Assembly (NCBI GenBank): GCA_951406725.2
Contig: OX597824.1
Span: 42,284,001-42,348,000 of the forward strand
Origin: Octopus vulgaris
Taxonomy: Eukaryota
DNA length: 64,000 nt
Direction of reading: 5' to 3'
Shown: positions 1-12,899 of the stretch, piece by piece
Numbering within the stretch: the first letter of the stretch is position 1
How the letters are laid out: each line of letters opens with the position of its first letter
Translations under genes and position numbers: made by a program
Notes under the pieces: model-generated
The model's database searches: none
What the model was told of the DNA's origin: nothing
What the model saw: only the letters and a program-made list of their open reading frames with translations

Positions 1-342
1 CTCCCAACATTTCAGGCCTTGTGCCCATAATATAAAGAATTAATTTGTATATTATTCTGATATATTGCTGAAAGCATCACCTGTTTAAAGAAGTGATTCC
101 ATATGCTTCCTTCAGTTTATATTTATGATTTGTGTATTTATCTATTACATTTTTTTTTCTTGAACTGAATAGAATATGTGCAGAATAGAAAATCTGAGAC
201 ATCTTGTCATTTCTTGTGATGGGAGATACCAATGAAAATAATAATAAAGAAGGAGATTGGCAGTTTTGCTGTTATCAATGTAGATATAGATATCTATGTT
301 TCTGATTATTTGATGGTGCCGCTTTATTTATATATTCCTTAA

Positions 343-462
343 TTCTTTTATTTGTTTCAATCATTTGACTGCGGCCATGCTGGAGCACTGCCTCTAGTCG
401 AACAAATCGACCCCAGGACTTATTCTTTCTAAGCCTAGTACTTGTCCTATCGGTTTCGTTTG
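343..462 (-). mobile_element. SINE family A, 3' fragment
   Basis: Reverse complement of the 3' end of the full copy at 52582-52980 (ggggtcgatttg.tcgacta.aggc.gtgctccagcatggccgcagtcaaatga.tgaaaca). Confidence 0.85.
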
Positions 463-712
463 CGTGGCTTAGTGGTTAGGGTGTCAGCATCATGATCGTA
501 AGATTGTGGTTTCGATTCCTGGACTGGGCGACGCATTGTGTTCTTGAGCAAAGCACTTCATTTCACGTTGCTCCAGTCTACTCAGCTGGCAAAAATATGT
601 AACACTGCGATGGACTGGCGTCCCGTCCAGCTGGAGAACGCATACGCCATTGAAACCGGGAAACTGGGCCCATTAGCCTGGCTAGGCTCTAAAAGGTCGT
701 ATTTATTTATCT
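463..712 (+). mobile_element. tRNA-derived CORE-like SINE, family B
   Basis: A box (tggcttagtgg), B box (gtttcgattcc), CORE-like gtgttcttgagcaaagcacttcatttcacgttgctccagt, tail gcgatggactggcgtcccgtccag...gaaaccgggaaac; homologous to 59325-59577. Confidence 0.85.
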
Positions 713-960
713 TTATTTATGCCTGTGTGAGTGTGTGTGCGTGTGCGCGTGTGTGTATACGTGCATGTGTTTTTTATGCTTTCCCCCCGCTATCACTTGA
801 GAATCGGTGTTGGTTTGTTTACGTTGCCGGAATTTAGTTGTTTCGTAAGAGAGACCGACAATATAAGTACGAAGCACGATTTTTTTCGACTAAACCTTTC
901 AAGTCGGTGCCCCAGCATGTCGCACTCCAAAGACTGAAACAAGTAAAAGAAGATATACAT

Positions 961-975
961 CTATCTATCTATCAA

Positions 976-1021
<46 letters not shown>

Positions 1022-1059
1022 ATCTATCTATCTATCTACCTATCTATCAATCTATTTAT

Positions 1060-1103
<44 letters not shown>

Positions 1104-1130
1104 TTATTTATTTATATTTCTATCTATCTA
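961..1130. repeat. (CTAT)n microsatellite
   Basis: Direct reading. Confidence 0.95.
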
Positions 1131-1899
1131 TGTGTGTGTGTATATATTTTTTGGAAAGGTGAAACTCGAAGCATATGAAGCTCTTAATAATAGGGCGTGA
1201 ATATTGGGTTAAAAGTAAAATATAGTACCTTTTATGTCTATATAACATACAATAATACTACGTTTTATATAGAGAGATAACATACTATAACACTTCTGCC
1301 AAATTAACCGAAGGCAATATGAGGTTCTTGCACAAAGGTACCGGGCAATGGGATCGAGCACGGAACCAAGCGGATGTGAAGCGAATTTCTTAATTACACA
1401 CACAGTGATGCCATGCCGATATACACTTCTTTCATTCCTCCTAGGTATTCGGCGAATTCCTGGGTCAATAAATTCCCGCTGAGAAATGTGAACAATCATC
1501 GTTATTTTAATTATCATTATCATAACCATCATCGCCATCTTTGTCGTCGTCGTTTTGATTAGCCAAGGTGACTAATCAACTAACTAACTGTCCATCAGAA
1601 CAAACAATTTGGTAATGAACAGCAGTGAAATGAATGAACTCTGTGGCTGTGTGATCCTGTGGTTGCGCTGGGGAAAGTCGGTTATGTGTTCGCTACCGGT
1701 AATAAATAAAAGAAAGCACATTTGTGGGTAGGGAGTACGTCATTGAGAGAATTGGGGTCTGGTGTTAGTAGTAGTAGTAGTAATAGTAGCAATGATGATT
1801 GGGTGTAGGAGAGCCATGATGGTACAGGCATTTAGAGAATGTGTAAACCAACCGCATAACACCAACGCATCAGTGCCTCCTCATTTATTAGCACCATGG

Positions 1900-2480
1900 T
1901 TGCGAGCCATCGAGCAGGAAAGCCTCTGGAACTATTATTTCAGTTAAAAGAAGTAGCAGTCAAATTTCCATTGAGCCATCTTCAACGTTCTGAAAATGAG
2001 AAGCACATATTTGAAATAGCAGTCCTAGATACACTATGTTTGAATAAAGGAATAAAAGAGTCGACAGTCTCATTTCAAAGGTCTCTGCACATAACGACCT
2101 TTTAGAAATAACAACCAAATCTCATTCTGAACTATTCTTCGACCTGCAAGAAATAGTTGTTAAATTACCATTAAACGATCTTCAATGTTCTGAAAAGGAG
2201 AAACTCATATTTGAAATAGTAACCCTAAATTCACTATGTTTGAATAAAAGAATATAAGAGTGGACGGTCTCACTTTAAAGGTGTCTGTTCATAACGACCT
2301 ATTAGAAATAGCAGTCAAATCTCATTCAGATCACTTCCAATTATCTTCAAATAAGTACACACTGAATACTGTGGTCATACATACGCCGTGTTTGAATAAA
2401 AGATAGGATGATCGCAATTGGAATTCTTTACTTATAAGTATGCATGATCAGGGCTGTTCGGAGGAGAAAAAAAAATCTCC
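1900..2480 (+). mobile_element. Old SINE-like family D with an internal ~200-bp tandem duplication
   Basis: gaaatagcagtcaaat...gtcctagatacactatgtttgaataaa unit at ~1949-2147 and ~2148-2335; related segments at 15965-16120, 18355-18530, 19390-19560 and 41925-42200 (-). Confidence 0.6.
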
Positions 2481-3558
2481 TCAGCGATTACAACGATAAT
2501 ATCTTAAATTGTACTTCCAATTCTTTATAGTGTCATAGAGATGCCGCCGTGACATATAACATATCCTGGACACTTTTTAAAATCACAACAGGGACCGTTA
2601 TCTCTCTTCCGGTCTGAAAAGAAAAGGAATTCTTTTCAGTTCAGAGTAGAGAGAAAGAGTGAGAGAGAGGAGAAAGCGAGAGAATGGGAAGAAAAAGGGA
2701 AAGAGAGAAAAGCTGGAGAAAGAAGATAGGGTAGGAGAGAGAGAGAGAGAGAGAGAGAGAAGAGATAGAGAGAGAGAGATGGAGAGAGAGAGAGATGGAG
2801 AGAGAGAGATGGAAAGAGAGAGAGAGAGAGATGGAGATAGAGAGAGAGAGAGAAGAAACTATCCCAATTTTTGATTGGTACGTTATTTATCGACCACCCC
2901 GAAAGAGTGAAGTTGATTTCGAAGGGGTTTGAAAGTGAGCGAGAGTGAAGAGATAGAGAGGGGAGAGAGAGGGAGAGAGGAGGAGGAGAAGGAATAAACA
3001 CCACAAGGCATTCTATCCTTACTTACAGCTCTAAAACTATTAGTACTGACACAGTCATACGAGGGAGTCTTTTCACCTCAGTCAGCCTCCTAAGAATAGT
3101 AGACAACGAGACAAATTATATAATGAAGTCATAAATATACTACGCTTGAATGAAATACGAGACTGTCATGGGCAGAATCGCTTTGATCATAGGTCTTCTC
3201 AATCAATTTTGAGCTGAGGATGAGAATCCATATCGCTGTCAAAGTTATAATCATTTGATAATACAGTGGTATGGTATATAATAGAATAGTATGGTAGAAA
3301 GAAAGGATCGAAGCCAAAGCAAATTGGTTCTCGAAGATGAGTGCGTATGTATCCATCTGTCTTTGCAAGTGAAGGCATACAAGTGTGTGTATTATACATA
3401 TACTCTGCAACACATCTATATTAAGTTCTAATACCACGTTATTAGTGTTATTAATATCGCTAAACCTAAACAATATACTCTGTGCTTGTGTGTGTGCATA
3501 TATACATACATACATACATACATACATACATACATACATACATACATACATACATACA

Positions 3559-3591
<33 letters not shown>

Positions 3592-3780
3592 TCGTCAGTC
3601 ATTGGCAGATATAGTTTATTAAGGCTTTCCACTCATTTTCATCTTCAGCCGCCAGAAGTATTTCACTGAGTGGCATCCCGCAGTCGGCACAGATCATACG
3701 GTGGTAAGTCATTCTTGGTCGTTTTATATATAAATACATACATATATACATATACATACATATATACATACATACATACA

Positions 3781-3816
<36 letters not shown>

Positions 3817-3834
3817 TATATATAAATTTATATA

Positions 3835-4096
3835 AATAAGGATAAGATCGTTAATTTAAATATCGATCTTATCAAGTGGCCAGCATGGGAATAAAAAACC
3901 TTCAAAGGTAATAATTATTATTAAAATTATAATTCAGGGTATCTAAGAGATATCACCACGCTGGAAATAGCAGCCAAAACTTGACTCTAGAGCCACATTA
4001 AATGTTCATACACCACCAGGAGAGAAGACAAAAGAACAAAATAAACTAGCAAAAAATTACTGGTGGTATCTCTTAGATACCCCAAATTATAATTTT
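3835..4096. repeat. Fold-back unit between TA/CA microsatellites (probable PLE pseudo-LTR remnant)
   Basis: ~36-bp inverted arms 3923-3958 / 4061-4096, plus a perfect 10-bp hairpin gataagatcg...cgatcttatc at 3841-3871. Confidence 0.6.
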
Positions 4097-4112
4097 ATAT
4101 ATATACATATAC

Positions 4113-4210
<98 letters not shown>

Positions 4211-4366
4211 GTGTGATTGTGTGATTGTGTATAGAAGAATATATTAATAAAAGGATTTCCAACCTTGTCTGATTTTCACGTTTTATTTACAATCTTATAA
4301 TGATATAAGATAATATAATATAATAAAATAAAATAAAATAATAGAATGTTAAATGTTCATTCTGAT

Positions 4367-4411
4367 TGAACTAGTACTTTCATGCATTAAATTCTGCAAT
4401 CTTCAGGTTCA
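4367..4411 (-). ncRNA. Minimal type I hammerhead ribozyme in a PLE 3' pseudo-LTR
   Basis: Minus strand: TGAAC-CTGAAGA-T-TGCA-gaatttaa-TGCA-T-GAAA-GTAC-TA-GTTCA. Perfect 5-bp stem I, 4-bp stem II, palindromic stem III, CUA cleavage triplet; ~420 nt downstream of a same-strand GIY-YIG ORF. Confidence 0.8.
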
Positions 4412-4834
4412 TGTAGTAGTGGTGACAGTCACGCTTCACAATTTTTGACTGTAGCGAGATGATTGAATCTGTGCCTTAAATACAGCTGTGTAGGCTCCAG
4501 ATTGCTAGGTTTTGCAAACTGTATTCTGATCAACCAGTGTGTAGTATCACTCAATTACTTAAGCTGATTGGTTGGTTGAGCTGATTGGTTTAGGCGTCAC
4601 GCTTTGTTGGACATGTTAAGAGTCCTGTATCTTAACCCTGGCCGAGGCAGCAATTGTTGGGCTATTTTTAGAAATGTTGTAAATAGCCTTTGTCAGAAAT
4701 GTTTATATTTTTATATTTCAATCGTCATCATCATCATTGTCAGCACCTTAATTATTGTTGCTAGTGGTGATGGTGGTGGCAATAGAACTTTTAACCCTAA
4801 ATAAGATAATTTTTCTGCTATCTAAGTATTATTA

Positions 4835-5125
4835 TTATTGCTTATTTAGCTTGGGTTCGAATTTATCAATAAAATTATTTTCTCTGATTTTCCTCTCGAT
4901 TTCACTTGGGCTGTGTAATTTGTAGAATAGAAATATTATATATATTTTCCGACCACATGTTGCTAGGTGGTTACTCAAAGGTATCTGACGGACCTCTGGG
5001 TCTCTAATCTGTTGTCGGTGTACACGTGAGCGTTCTGATAGGGCATTTCCCGTCTGACCTACATATATTTCTTCACAATTTGGGCATTTGATGCAGTAAA
5101 TTAAATTTCTGCTTTTGCAGTTCAT
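4835..5125 (-). pseudogene. Penelope-like element GIY-YIG endonuclease C-terminal fragment
   Basis: CKSRNLIYCIKCPNCEEIYVGQTG..SERSRVH...ENNFIDKFEPKLN: GIY-YIG with the PLE-type Cys/His pattern. Confidence 0.9.
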
Positions 5126-5139
5126 TTAGTAGATATTTC

Positions 5140-7900
5140 CTGTTCCTGAATATATAAGGTGTCGTCTTCATGGTGAGATGTAGCATACTTACCTCAGGTC
5201 TAGGAGAGTATACTATTCCTATCAATGTTGTTGGCATTTTCTAGTTTGTTGTATATCAACTTAAGCTCGCCTTTCAAATGGTATAATGAATATTTCTCTT
5301 CCAAGTATCTTTGTTAGGTGAGTACAACCAGCCTTGGTCCACATAGGGCAGCAGTAAACTCGGAGTACTTGTTAAAGAGTTCTTCGCCTATTCTCACGAT
5401 GTTAATGCTTTCAGTGTTGAGTATACACATAATGTACAAATTTTGCTCTTTACTGTTTAGTAGGTGTTATTTTGTGAAACAATGCGGCATTCAAAGGCTA
5501 TCTGTACTGGTCTTAAAACTCTATCTCCATCCCTCCGTTTAGTATAGATCTTGTCAGTGTCACTGTTGATGTAGAAGTTTCCATTCATTGTTAGTATTTT
5601 CCTAGCCCTCACGTTCGAGTTGCGGATTTTTTCAAGTGTCCAGTCTATTATCCCAAATGCTGATGCTAGCACTGGCACTATAAGATCATTATAGTATATT
5701 GTTTTCTTGAATGTAAACGGCTCTGGCTTCCATAGCGTCCACAATCTGCTAAGTATTCTTTTGTGACACTAATTTTACTCACAATATCAACATAGGCAAT
5801 ATTCTCGTCGATTCCAAAATATTTGTAACATAATGACAGAGGAAACAGACAGTCTACTGAAATCCTGGTCGACAACATTTCCTCGTTTGACTATGAAATA
5901 TGAACAAATTCCATTCCTATGTGCCGTAAGAATATTGCGGCCAGTTCCAATTGCTTTTTGTAGTCATGAATATTACTCAAGAACAGCTAAAGACCATCAC
6001 AAAAAACGGTGCGGGTGAAATTAATCTTTCTTTCATCTGCAGCTCCTGTCATGTCAGACCTCAGCCCCTAACAGGGCTGACATGGGTTTCACTGCTTGGA
6101 AAAATGCATTGCAGATAAACCGTCGTTCTAGAATATTCCTGTTGTAACTATAGTAATAGCTTCAAGTTTTAACGTTAGTAGTGAGGATCATGTTGCTGTC
6201 AGTCCCTTAACAGTACTGATTATAGAAGTTGTAACCTTAGCGAAGAGTAGTGACTCTATAATCTGTTAATGAGGAACAGTCAAACGCCTTCTTATAGTCA
6301 AACTATACAGTCAGCAGGTTTCCGCAGAGCTGATCGCTTCTGTAAGGACTGCTTTCTTGAAAAGGAGTTGTTTGACATAACTCAAATCTCCTTTATTGCC
6401 CCCTGCTTGCTCTTCAGTCACTACATTGTATATTTCACAGTAATCCTGCAAAAAAAATACATTCAAGTAACTTGTACATAATTTATATATTGCATTTAAG
6501 CACACTATGGGTCTGAAGTTTTTAGCCATGTGTGGCTTCAAGTATTGCACGTGAATCTGCTATCCAATCTGACATATCAATCTCAGTATTCGTTGTTCTT
6601 TTGAACAAGCTGACGTTTTGTAGAATGTAAGCTTTCTATATAATTACCGGCTATCAAATTCCTCCCAGGAGATTTCCCATTTAGCAGGTTTGTCACAGCA
6701 TCTAGGACAGTTTCTCTACCGACATTATGTTTCGAGAGAGACGTTTGCACCATACTCAGTAGGTAGCTCATCTAACCCCATTGCATCTCTGTTGCGCTGT
6801 TTGTTTACATTCCAGACCTCTCCCCAAAACGAAACTTAGATCATCTTGGGTTGGGGATTTCACAGCCTTGATGATATTGCCTTTCACACTGTGATACACT
6901 ACATGTGGGCTTACTGCAAACTTGCAATCGGTGGCTTTTCGTTCTCGAGAGTTTCTCGTAGTTTGTATTTAAAAGCACTTAATTTACCCGTAAGTGTTCC
7001 TTGTCAACAGTTCCCATAGACCTTAGATAATCTCTCATAAAGTTGCAGATGGTGGTTCGTGAATTTATTATTCACTTTGCACCTAATGATAGTGTTTTGC
7101 TGTCTAATATTTTTTCCCGAGTCTTTCGATATGTGTCTGAAGAGAACTAATCAATTTTGATTGATTCTTCTCACTATGCTTAAACTCCGATACTCCCATC
7201 TATTGGTAAATTGTAATAGTAGCACAAGAGAGCAAAACATTCAGTATCCAAGTGTTAGAATTTCTTGATTGCTGCTAATTATTCTTTAACTATTTGATCC
7301 ATTGCGGATAAAATCGAGCGGTTTTCTATCGATTCGGGTGGAACTTGTTCTTTTATTTAATTGTTAATGCAGATGGTATATTTCTGTTTGAGTTTTATTA
7401 AGTATTCTTTGAATTGATTATATTCTTCACTTGTTTCTGTTCGATCATAATCAGTTACTGCTCGATCGAGTGATGGCAGCATATTTGCCTCAGTTATATT
7501 GTCGTCGCATCGATTGTAGCCCATAGTGTTTATGACCTCCTCAAGACAAGAAATTCTGAACTAAATTTTATTTGCTGTGTAATTTGATTCTGGTGGTCTA
7601 TAGGGATAACAGTTATTTCTTTTTCCTCAATGAAGATTACCTATTGTATTGTTTGACGCTGGCGTTCGAATAGGTAAGATCTTCTAGACTCCAGTCTTTC
7701 TTCATCCTTTTCATGTAACCTATTGAGGGATCTTCCGGCGCCTTTTTTTTCTTCTTTAGAATATATGCAAGTTTAGTTCAGTTCATTGACCCACTGAAAT
7801 TTCTTTCAATAGCTTCGTGATTGGCCATAACCGACACCAGTATTCTGTCCAGTCATTGTGTTAATTAGTCGCAATCTCAGGCGTTGAATTTCCGTTAATT
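5140..7900 (-). mobile_element. Decayed R4/Dong-type (RLE) non-LTR retrotransposon
   Basis: Frame-shifted pieces in order: GYMKRMKKDW, GKSPG, NFRPIVCLNAIYKL, EEQAG, YKYFGIDEN, VPVLASAFGIIDWT, DTDKIYTKRRDG. Confidence 0.8.
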
Positions 7901-8186
7901 TTCTCCGCTTGATTACTGCTATGAACTTCAATATGAAATAAAAGGTTCGTCTCATTTATTCAAAGAAGACAACCATTACATTTTTTTAAAAATAGCTTTT
8001 ACCTTTTCTAGGGGACAGAATTGATTGTGCAAAGATAAATAGTCCGCTTTTACCAATTAAATCGATGCCATGTATTTGTGTTTCGCGAGTTGCACGAGTT
8101 CTATTTGAAAGCTTTTTTTAGTATAGATATTTGGGAACGAATGTATGGATATTTGTTTGTGTACTTATGGAGGTTTGTGGGTGGAG

Positions 8187-8245
<59 letters not shown>

Positions 8246-8310
8246 GCTGTTTGCTTCTGTATGCATATTTGCAATTATCAGAAAGTATATAAGTACGTTT
8301 GTGTGTATAT

Positions 8311-8361
<51 letters not shown>

Positions 8362-8679
8362 ATGGAGGCACAGTATCGACAATTTCCACTAGGGTGTAAC
8401 TATACTGTACAGTGTTCTAGCTTTGACTTCGCTCATGGGACAGTTATCTACCCTGTGCTCTTACGCAGCTATAAGGAGTTTAACTATTTTTTTTCTAGCC
8501 AAATATGTGCTGCCAGGACATACAGTCTCAATTAGGGACGACAAAATTTTGCCTATTTGGTTTATTTTGCGTCCAGCTGCCCACATTAATTTGATATTAT
8601 ATTACACACACGCACACACACACACACATACACACATACACATACAGACACACACACACATATATATATATATACATAG

Positions 8680-8877
8680 TCAATGCAAACAAGAACAAGC
8701 AAGAAAAAACAACAACGTGAGGACGTGGAACAATTGCAGTGCTATTGGACGCTCAGGAAAGAAAAGAAAGAGGATTTCAAACGTTTCGAGCGGAGCTCTT
8801 CTTCAGAAATATAGAAAAAGTCCAAAGAAGGGAAGACGGAGAAAGAAAATCGCCAACGATACACACGCGGTCACATG
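8680..8877 (-). mobile_element. Solo PLE pseudo-LTR-like unit (family P1) with a hammerhead motif at 8775-8809
   Basis: Homologous to 33234-33432; minus strand ttt-CTGAAGA-A-GAGC-tcc-GCTC-GAAA-CGTT; adjacent to a TA/CA tract. Confidence 0.7.
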
Positions 8878-10224
8878 TAGAAAAGAATGCTTGTGTTTTT
8901 ATTAATTTGTACGTTTAAATGCCTTGCATGTGTATATATGCACGCACGATGTGTGTGCGTGTGTGGGTGTGTGTGTGTGTGCGTGTGTGAATGTGTGTGT
9001 GTACGCGTATATGTAAACATGGAAGTTTGTCATATGTAAGAGTGCATATTTAAGTTTCTGAATACGAGCGAAATTGTACGCCTGTTGGTGTGAGTGTTTT
9101 TTGCGTGTGAAGCAAGACGATGGATACACGCGCAGGTCAGCAGCATATATTGGCGTTTTTTTGCGTATATATATCCATATGTATGTGTGTGTTTGTGCAT
9201 GTTTGTGTCTATGTGTGTGTGTGCGTACACGTGTGCGTTCGTGTTTTTAATCATAAGTCTAGCTAGAGAAGAGGGATAGAAAATGAAAATACTGTGCGTG
9301 GCACTAAGTGACTATGTATCGGCATATTTTAATGTGTTTCAACGTGTGTATGTGTTTATGTACGTTTGTATGTATCTACGTATATGCTTGTATGCATTTA
9401 TGTAAATACATAGTATAGTATAATGTACATATATATAGCATTTATGTAAATACATATGTCTCCATGTGCGTTTAATGAAGTGAAATGATAATAATACATA
9501 TGATATTCGTGGCGGAGGTGGTGGTCAGTGTTGGTGATGATGGCGGTGATGGTGATGGTGGTGGCGGTGGTGGTAGTTCTGCTGCTGGTGGTGTCGGTGG
9601 TGTTTTTGTTGTTCTCGTTGTTAGTGCGGGGAAATGGTGGTGACTAAATCTGCCGAAGAGGGTTCGAACGGCTGTGGCATTTTCGATAGAGCCTGACACA
9701 CTACAATGCAATAGCATTAATTAGCACGAAACCTTAATATAAATAAATGAATAAATAAACAAAGAAATAAAAGTGTCGTTAGGGTCGGGGTTATTTGTAG
9801 GGAGTACGTTAGACCTCACACCAATGTATGTATTTATGTATGTGTGTAGGTAGGTATGTTTATGTGGTTGTACGTAGTATAAGTGTGTGTGTGTGTGTGT
9901 ATGTAGCACACCACTCCTCTCCCATCTATCCAGCTTGCCAACATTAAACCGACCCTGCCAATACTTGCCAGAACCTTTCAGCCTCTACACCGTGTGATGC
10001 CATAAATAAATGAATGAATGAATACATGATACATCAATAAACACATTAATAAACAAGGAACAAAAAAATAAGAAAGGAAAAGAAAAAAAGAATGGCAACA
10101 ACAAGAAAAAACAACAACTAATACATCAGCAAAAGAGAAAATCCTTTTGGGAGAAGAAAAAAAGAAAGAAAAAGACAAGTTCAACAGAAGTGCATCTTGA
10201 GTTAGATCCGAACACTACGAATTC

Positions 10225-10640
10225 TTTATATGAAGGTGCGTGACCTAGCTGTTAGAGGTGTTGGATTCCTGTTCGTAAAGTCGGGGTTTCAATTCCCAGA
10301 ACTTGACATTTCATTTCATTTTGCTTCAGTTCACTCGATTAACAATGAGTATCAGCTGTAAACTGTGGTAGAAACCCGGGAGGGACTGAAATTGGATCTG
10401 AAAATTACGAGCTTTTTATATGAAGATGCGTGACCTAGCTGTTAAAGCTGTTGGACTCATGTCCTTATAGAAGCAGTTTCACTTCCAAGACCGTTCAGGT
10501 TTTGTCCTTGCACTTAAGCATTTCGTTTCACCTTGTTTCAGTCCATTCAACTGAAAATGAGTAGTAGCTTATAAACCGTGAAAGAAACCCAGGAATGGCT
10601 AAAGAACTGGTGATCCATCAAGTGTGAGACCCTTTTCAAG
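10225..10640 (+). mobile_element. Two tandem degenerate CORE-like SINE 5' halves
   Basis: tttatatgaagRtgcgtgacctagctgtta...catttcRtttca...aatgagta...aaacYgtg repeated with a ~190-bp period. Confidence 0.6.
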
Positions 10641-10989
10641 GAGAGGATTAGCGGCAGTCCAATGCTTTATGTTATAATTTTTAATAGAAATGATACCGTT
10701 ATACCCTCGAGTCGCTCAATTGGCCCCAAATTAATGATATATTTATTTAGGAAGGATGGAGATTGAGGTGTTCGAGACTTTCATAACAAAAATAAATTTA
10801 GAAGCGTCATTTAATTCCATCACATGAAAAATATTTTCCCGATTGAAATTGAAATCGGCAGAATACCGTCAGTGTAAGGAAACAATTATATAGCTATATG
10901 AAAATCATTCTTTCTGGAATACGCGTACATGTTTGTAAATAAAGATTGGTGTATGCATGATATAACAATAATAGTGGTTTCTAAGGTGT

Positions 10990-11200
10990 TGTGCTGGCGG
11001 AATCATTAGTACGCCGGAAAAAATGATTGGCGGCATTTTGTCCGTCTTTACGCTCTGAGTTGAAATCCCGCTGAAGTCGACTTTGCCTTTCATCTTTTCG
11101 GGGTTGATAAAATAAAGTACCTGTTGAGCGCTGAAATCGATATAACCAACTTACATCTCCACCAAAACTGCTGGCCTTGTACCAAAATTTAAAACCAATA
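10990..11200 (+). mobile_element. SINE family C
   Basis: gctggcggaatcattag head; central gtcgactttgcctttcatc.tttcggggt.gataaaataa.gtacc; tail ggccttgt.ccaaaattt. Confidence 0.85.
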
Positions 11201-11229
11201 ATAATGGTTCCTTATTTAGGTAGGTACAT

Positions 11230-12490
11230 TAAGCATTCTTCACTCGTTGTTTCTTTCTCTATAATTGATGCAAATCTTGATTCAATACAAAGTTGAGACA
11301 AATTTTTCTTGATACCTTCGCGACCTGCGATGGCTGACCCGTCTCCTGTTCAGCCATTGTATATATAGCAGTAATTCCGCCTGCATCTGCGTCTGAGCGA
11401 TAATCCCGTGGGGCCTATGTTATAACATCTTATAACATAAATTAGGTTTTCTGAGGCACAAGTAAAATCAGATTTGATTTTGAATTTTTGTCCCTCTTTA
11501 AAAAGGAATTCTGATCCTTCTAGAAGGTTTGGGCATGTTGCCCAATTTGATCGACCACTTTCTTTTTTCACTTTTACGTCTGTTATTTTAGAAAATAATT
11601 TTGCCTTTGTGAGGATCTTTTTTAGTGATTTCGGTTGTTTGTGGATTTTAATGTTCTTATGTCTGTGTAAAATTGCCTTTAATTTGGGGTATTTATGTAG
11701 CATTGGTGGATTTTGGCTGATGATGGTGAGGACTTACTTGTTTCTGGGGTTGTATGTGGATATGTACGGCAGTATTTTTGGGGGAAGGTGTGTTGCTGTG
11801 TTGAACTTTTCTTAAGGTATTTTTGTCGATTTGTGTTGCACGTCTGATTCCATCCTCTATGAGTTGAACTGGGTAGTGTCTGTCAATCAGGGTGTTTTTG
11901 AGTTCTTGCAGTCTAAAGTCTCTGGTATTTTTTTTCTGACACTATGGCGCAAATCCTTTTTGCAAGATTGAAGGGGATGTTTGTTTTGGTGTGTCTTTGG
12001 TGGCATGAATTAAATAGTAGATACTGTTTGGTGTCTGTAGTTTTGTAAAATATATCAGTTTCTTTTTAGGTTTATTTTTTTAACTAGTATATCCAAGAAT
12101 GGCAGCTCCTTTTGGTTGTGAACTGTATGTTTGGGTTGACGATGTTCAATAGACTTTTGAATTCCATGAGTTTCTTTGTGTTTTCATTCCAGAGGATGAA
12201 ACAGTCGTCCAGGAATCTTTTCGAATTCTCTTTTATGTATTGGGAAAGAGGGTTTCCATAATTAGATAAATATTCCTGTTATATTATTATTTCCAGATAG
12301 CCCATTGTTATGTTCACGATGAACAGGGCTGCCATAGTGCCCATGGCAATTCTGGATTCATGTCCATAAAAAGTGTTATCGAATATGAAATGGTTGTTTC
12401 GTAGGATGAATTCAACTGATTCAATTATGAATTCTTTGCTGATCCTTTCCGGTATTTCTTCCTGATATTGGTCCAGCCAGAACTGAATTG
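11230..12490 (-). pseudogene. Penelope-like element RT + GIY-YIG relic
   Basis: ILRNNHFIFDNTFY...IAMGT, RFLDDCF, LPFLDI, YKTTDTKQYL..SCH, NIPFNLAKRI, then CPNL...FTCASENLIYVIRC; multiple frameshifts. Confidence 0.9.
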
Positions 12491-12544
12491 AACAGCCATA
12501 TAATAACCATATAATACAAGCCTTATGTAGTTTTTTCATTCTAA

Positions 12545-12781
12545 CAACATGAAGTACACGAAAACAAATGAGTTAAATACAAAAACAACGTGAGAAAGAA
12601 ATGGAAAACACGACAAGTAACAGAAAGACCGACCCTTCATCAATTATTGGCTGTCTTTGTTCGAAATGAGTAGATAGACAGCAAACAGCTGATGAAGGGT
12701 CGTTCTTTGTGTTACTTGCGTTTTCCATTGCTTCTCTCGTTGTTTGCGTATTTAACTCATTTGTTTTCGTACTTCATGTTG
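12545..12781. repeat. Fold-back (~110-bp arms) next to the PLE relic
   Basis: caacatgaagtac.cgaaaacaaatgagttaaatac...cgacccttcatca is mirrored by tgatgaagggtcg...gtatttaactcatttgttttcgtacttcatgttg. Confidence 0.85.
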
Positions 12782-12807
12782 TATACTGTTGGTGACGTCC
12801 TGTACCC

Positions 12808-12899
<92 letters not shown>

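Noticed and set aside
3620-3650. CTGAAGA...GAAA on the minus strand as a hammerhead
   Set aside because: No credible stem I or stem II.
5186-5195. ATACTTACCT as a U1 snRNA 5' end
   Set aside because: Only 10 nt match, within a LINE relic, and no U1 body follows.
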